From NCBI GenBank assembly GCA_044222185.1, contig JBGANV010000003.1, positions 832,727 to 896,726 of the forward strand: DNA of 64,000 nt, given 5' to 3'. The notes below the pieces were generated by a model. It saw only the letters and a list, made by a program, of their open reading frames with translations. It made no database searches and was not told the origin of the DNA. This document shows positions 61,732 through 64,000 of the stretch, in pieces (the stretch's first letter is position 1; each line of letters begins with the position of its first letter). Source of the DNA: Planctomycetota bacterium. Lineage in GTDB: Bacteria > Planctomycetota > GCA-002687715 > CAIWVZ01. A program made the position numbers and the translations under genes.

Positions 61732-64000
61732 TCACGGGATCGTCGAAGAACCGAACAGGTGCTGCGTCGCCCAGCTCGTCATCGAGCAGTTGTTGTAGGC
61801 CTCGATGAGGCTTGCGACGAGGGCGTTCATCGCGGTGAACGTGTAGCCGGGCGGCAGACCGTTGCCGGCGAGCGCCTGATTGGCGGCCGCCAGGATCTGG
61901 TTCACCGTCGAGCCGTTCATCGAGTCGTTCACGCCCACGTTCCAGTAGACGAGCGTGCCGTAGTCGATGGCGCCGCCGTTCACGCCCGCGGCCCCGAAGC
62001 CGATGTTGAGCGTGAGGGCCGCCGTCTGACGGGCGAGCTGACCCGCACCCAACGTCGTCGTCGGATTCACCGCGTCGACCGGCAACGCGCCCGACGGGCC
62101 GCCCGTGGCGTTGAGGAAGGTCTTCAGCGCCGCGCGACCCGTGATGTCACCCGTCCAGTGCGCGCCGTTCGGCGAGGCCGAGCCGTTGCCCGGGTTGAAC
62201 ACGCCGATGTCGAGCCCGTTCGGGAACACGGTCAGGTAGTGGTTGTCGAAGATCGTGCCGGCAACTCCGTTGCCACCGTAGGAGCCTGGCACGTACGTGC
62301 AGTACGGCACGCACGTCCCGTCGAACAGCGCGAGGCCGTTCGACAGGTGGACTCCGCCGAGCGGTCCGCCCGGCGCCACGACGCCAGCCTGCAGCCAGCA
62401 GTCGAGGTTCAGCAGCGCCGGATCAGCCGGCATGAAGATCGTGAACGCCGACATGCCGAGCGCGTCCGTCATGAACGGCCCGCTCAACAGGAACGTGAAC
62501 GGATCCACGAAGAGCGTGCACCCGCTTCCGAGCGGAATCGGCGTGATCGCGTTCGCCGGACCGGACAGGAGGATCCACGGCGCGTTCGGCGGAGCGTTGA
62601 CCACGCCGACCGTCACGTTGTTCCCGAGGACCGGTTGCGTCGAGATCAGCTGCGGTGCCGGGTTGCCGCACCCGCCGCCCAGATTCGTCACGGCCGATTG
62701 GACCGCGGCGATCAGGTAGTAGGTCGTGCACGAGGCCGAGTTCCCGCAGCCGTCGGTCGCCGTGATGATCACGGTCACGACTGGCGTGGCCGGAGGCACC
62801 GGGGTGCCGGCCGGCGGCGACTGCGTCACGACGACCGTGCCGCAGTTGTCGGTTGCGATGGCGCCAGGCGTGAAGTCCGGAACGGTCAACGCGCCACCGG
62901 TCGCGCAGCCCGACAACGTGCCCGGGCAGACGAGGCTCGGCGGCGTGGTGTCGACCGTCCAGCTCACCGTGCGGTCGACGATGACGGCAGCGTTTCCGCA
63001 CCCGTCGGTCGCCGTCCACGTGCGGGTCTGCGAGGCGGTGCAGCCATTGAAGGTCACCGTCGAATCAGTCGCGCTCGGCGTGACCGGGCCACAGTTGTCG
63101 GTGGCCGTCGCGGTGCCGAGGGCGGCTTCGATCTCTGCCGAGGTCGGGTTGCAGCCGAGCTGCAGCGTCGTGCCAACCGCGGTGATGACCGGGACCGTCG
63201 TGTCGGAGGTCCACGTCACCGTGCGGGTCGCCGGAACCGCCGCGTTGCCGCAGCCATCCGACACCGTCCACGTGCGCGTCTGCGAGGCCGTGCAACCGGT
63301 CAGCGACACGGTCGAATCGGTCGACGTCGGCGTGACCGGGCCACAGTTGTCGGTAGCCGTTGCCGTGCCGAGCGCCGCTTCGATCTCCGCCGAGGTCGGG
63401 TTGCAGCCGAGCTGCAGGGTCGTGCCAACTGCGGTGATGACCGGGACCGTCGTATCCGAGGTCCAAGTCACCGTGCGAGTCGCCGGGACGGCCGCGTTGC
63501 CGCAGGCATCCGACACCGTCCACGTGCGGGTCTGCGACGCGGTGCAGCCGGTGAGCGACACGGTCGAGTCCGTCGACGTCGGCGTTACCGGGCCACAGTT
63601 GTCGGTGGCGGTCGCCGTGCCGAGGGCCGCCTCGATCTCCGCCGTCGTCGGGTTGCAGCCGAGCTGCAGGGTCGTGCCAACCGCAGTGATCACCGGGACC
63701 GTCGTATCCGACGTCCAAGTGACCGTACGGGTGGCCGGGACGGCAGCGTTGCCGCAGCCATCCGACACCGTCCACGTACGCGTCTGGGAGGCCGTGCAGC
63801 CAGTGAGCGACACGGTCGAGTCCGTCGACGTCGGGGTGACGGGGCCACAGTTGTCGGTGGCGGTCGCCGTGCCAAGGGCCGCTTCGATCTCCGCCGAGGT
63901 CGGGTTGCAGCCGAGCTGCAACGTGGTGCCCGCGGCCGTGATCACCGGGACGGTCGTGTCCGACGTCCAAGTGACCGTACGGGTGGCCGGGACGGCAGCG
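61732..64000 (-). CDS. Large surface protein with tandem 4-Cys HYR-like repeats (5' end beyond the window)
   Basis: Frame is open to the window edge; repeats with ATDNCG...RTWTVSDGCGN...DTTVP, then the shared CTD-like domain and a terminal helical domain. Confidence 0.9.
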   Translation of the reverse strand, partial: AAVPATRTVTWTSDTTVPVITAAGTTLQLGCNPTSAEIEAALGTATATDNCGPVTPTSTDSTVSLTGCTASQTRTWTVSDGCGNAAVPATRTVTWTSDTTVPVITAVGTTLQLGCNPTTAEIEAALGTATATDNCGPVTPTSTDSTVSLTGCTASQTRTWTVSDACGNAAVPATRTVTWTSDTTVPVITAVGTTLQLGCNPTSAEIEAALGTATATDNCGPVTPTSTDSTVSLTGCTASQTRTWTVSDGCGNAAVPATRTVTWTSDTTVPVITAVGTTLQLGCNPTSAEIEAALGTATATDNCGPVTPSATDSTVTFNGCTASQTRTWTATDGCGNAAVIVDRTVSWTVDTTPPSLVCPGTLSGCATGGALTVPDFTPGAIATDNCGTVVVTQSPPAGTPVPPATPVVTVIITATDGCGNSASCTTYYLIAAVQSAVTNLGGGCGNPAPQLISTQPVLGNNVTVGVVNAPPNAPWILLSGPANAITPIPLGSGCTLFVDPFTFLLSGPFMTDALGMSAFTIFMPADPALLNLDCWLQAGVVAPGGPLGGVHLSNGLALFDGTCVPYCTYVPGSYGGNGVAGTIFDNHYLTVFPNGLDIGVFNPGNGSASPNGAHWTGDITGRAALKTFLNATGGPSGALPVDAVNPTTTLGAGQLARQTAALTLNIGFGAAGVNGGAIDYGTLVYWNVGVNDSMNGSTVNQILAAANQALAGNGLPPGYTFTAMNALVASLIEAYNNCSMTSWATQHLFGSSTIP
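62938..64000 (-). repeat. Intragenic tandem repeat, 252-bp (84-aa) unit, at least 4.2 copies
   Basis: GCAGCCGAGCTGCA recurs at 63151, 63403, 63655 and 63907 (252-bp period); near-identical protein units. Confidence 0.95.

Noticed and set aside
62938-64000. CRISPR-like or mobile repeat array
   Set aside because: The 252-bp units are contiguous, in frame and coding, with no spacers and no cas genes.

Overview
64 kb of high-GC (about 68-70% by eye), gene-dense bacterial chromosome. The gene content (Ser/Thr kinase-WD40 next to an ECF sigma, FG-GAP proteins, alpha/alpha-toroid secreted protein, fused icmF) suggests an uncultured Planctomycetota/PVC lineage; this is inference. It holds about 45 CDS: housekeeping and metabolic genes (ALDH, tkt, icmF, lgt, ROK kinase, chorismate mutase, U32 hydroxylase, queF, corA, glcDEF, gnd-zwf-pgl), a signalling cluster (hybrid HK, STK-WD40, ECF, two HDOD) and many secreted proteins. 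No rRNA, tRNA, CRISPR, transposase or prophage was seen. Highlights: (1) dsbD is split by an in-frame UGA that gives a U-P-N-C redox motif and is followed by a SECIS-like hairpin, so it is probably a selenoprotein; (2) eight otherwise unrelated secreted proteins share a ~110-130 aa Gly/Pro-rich beta C-terminal domain, a candidate lineage-specific sorting/anchoring signal; (3) a chorismate mutase (makes prephenate) sits head-to-head with a U32-family RNA hydroxylase (family uses prephenate); (4) a candidate ~105-115 nt CU-rich ncRNA; (5) a CPxCG Zn-ribbon gene is translationally coupled between zwf and pgl; (6) a class A beta-lactamase-fold protein appears catalytically dead. All calls come from motif recognition by eye; no database searches were run.
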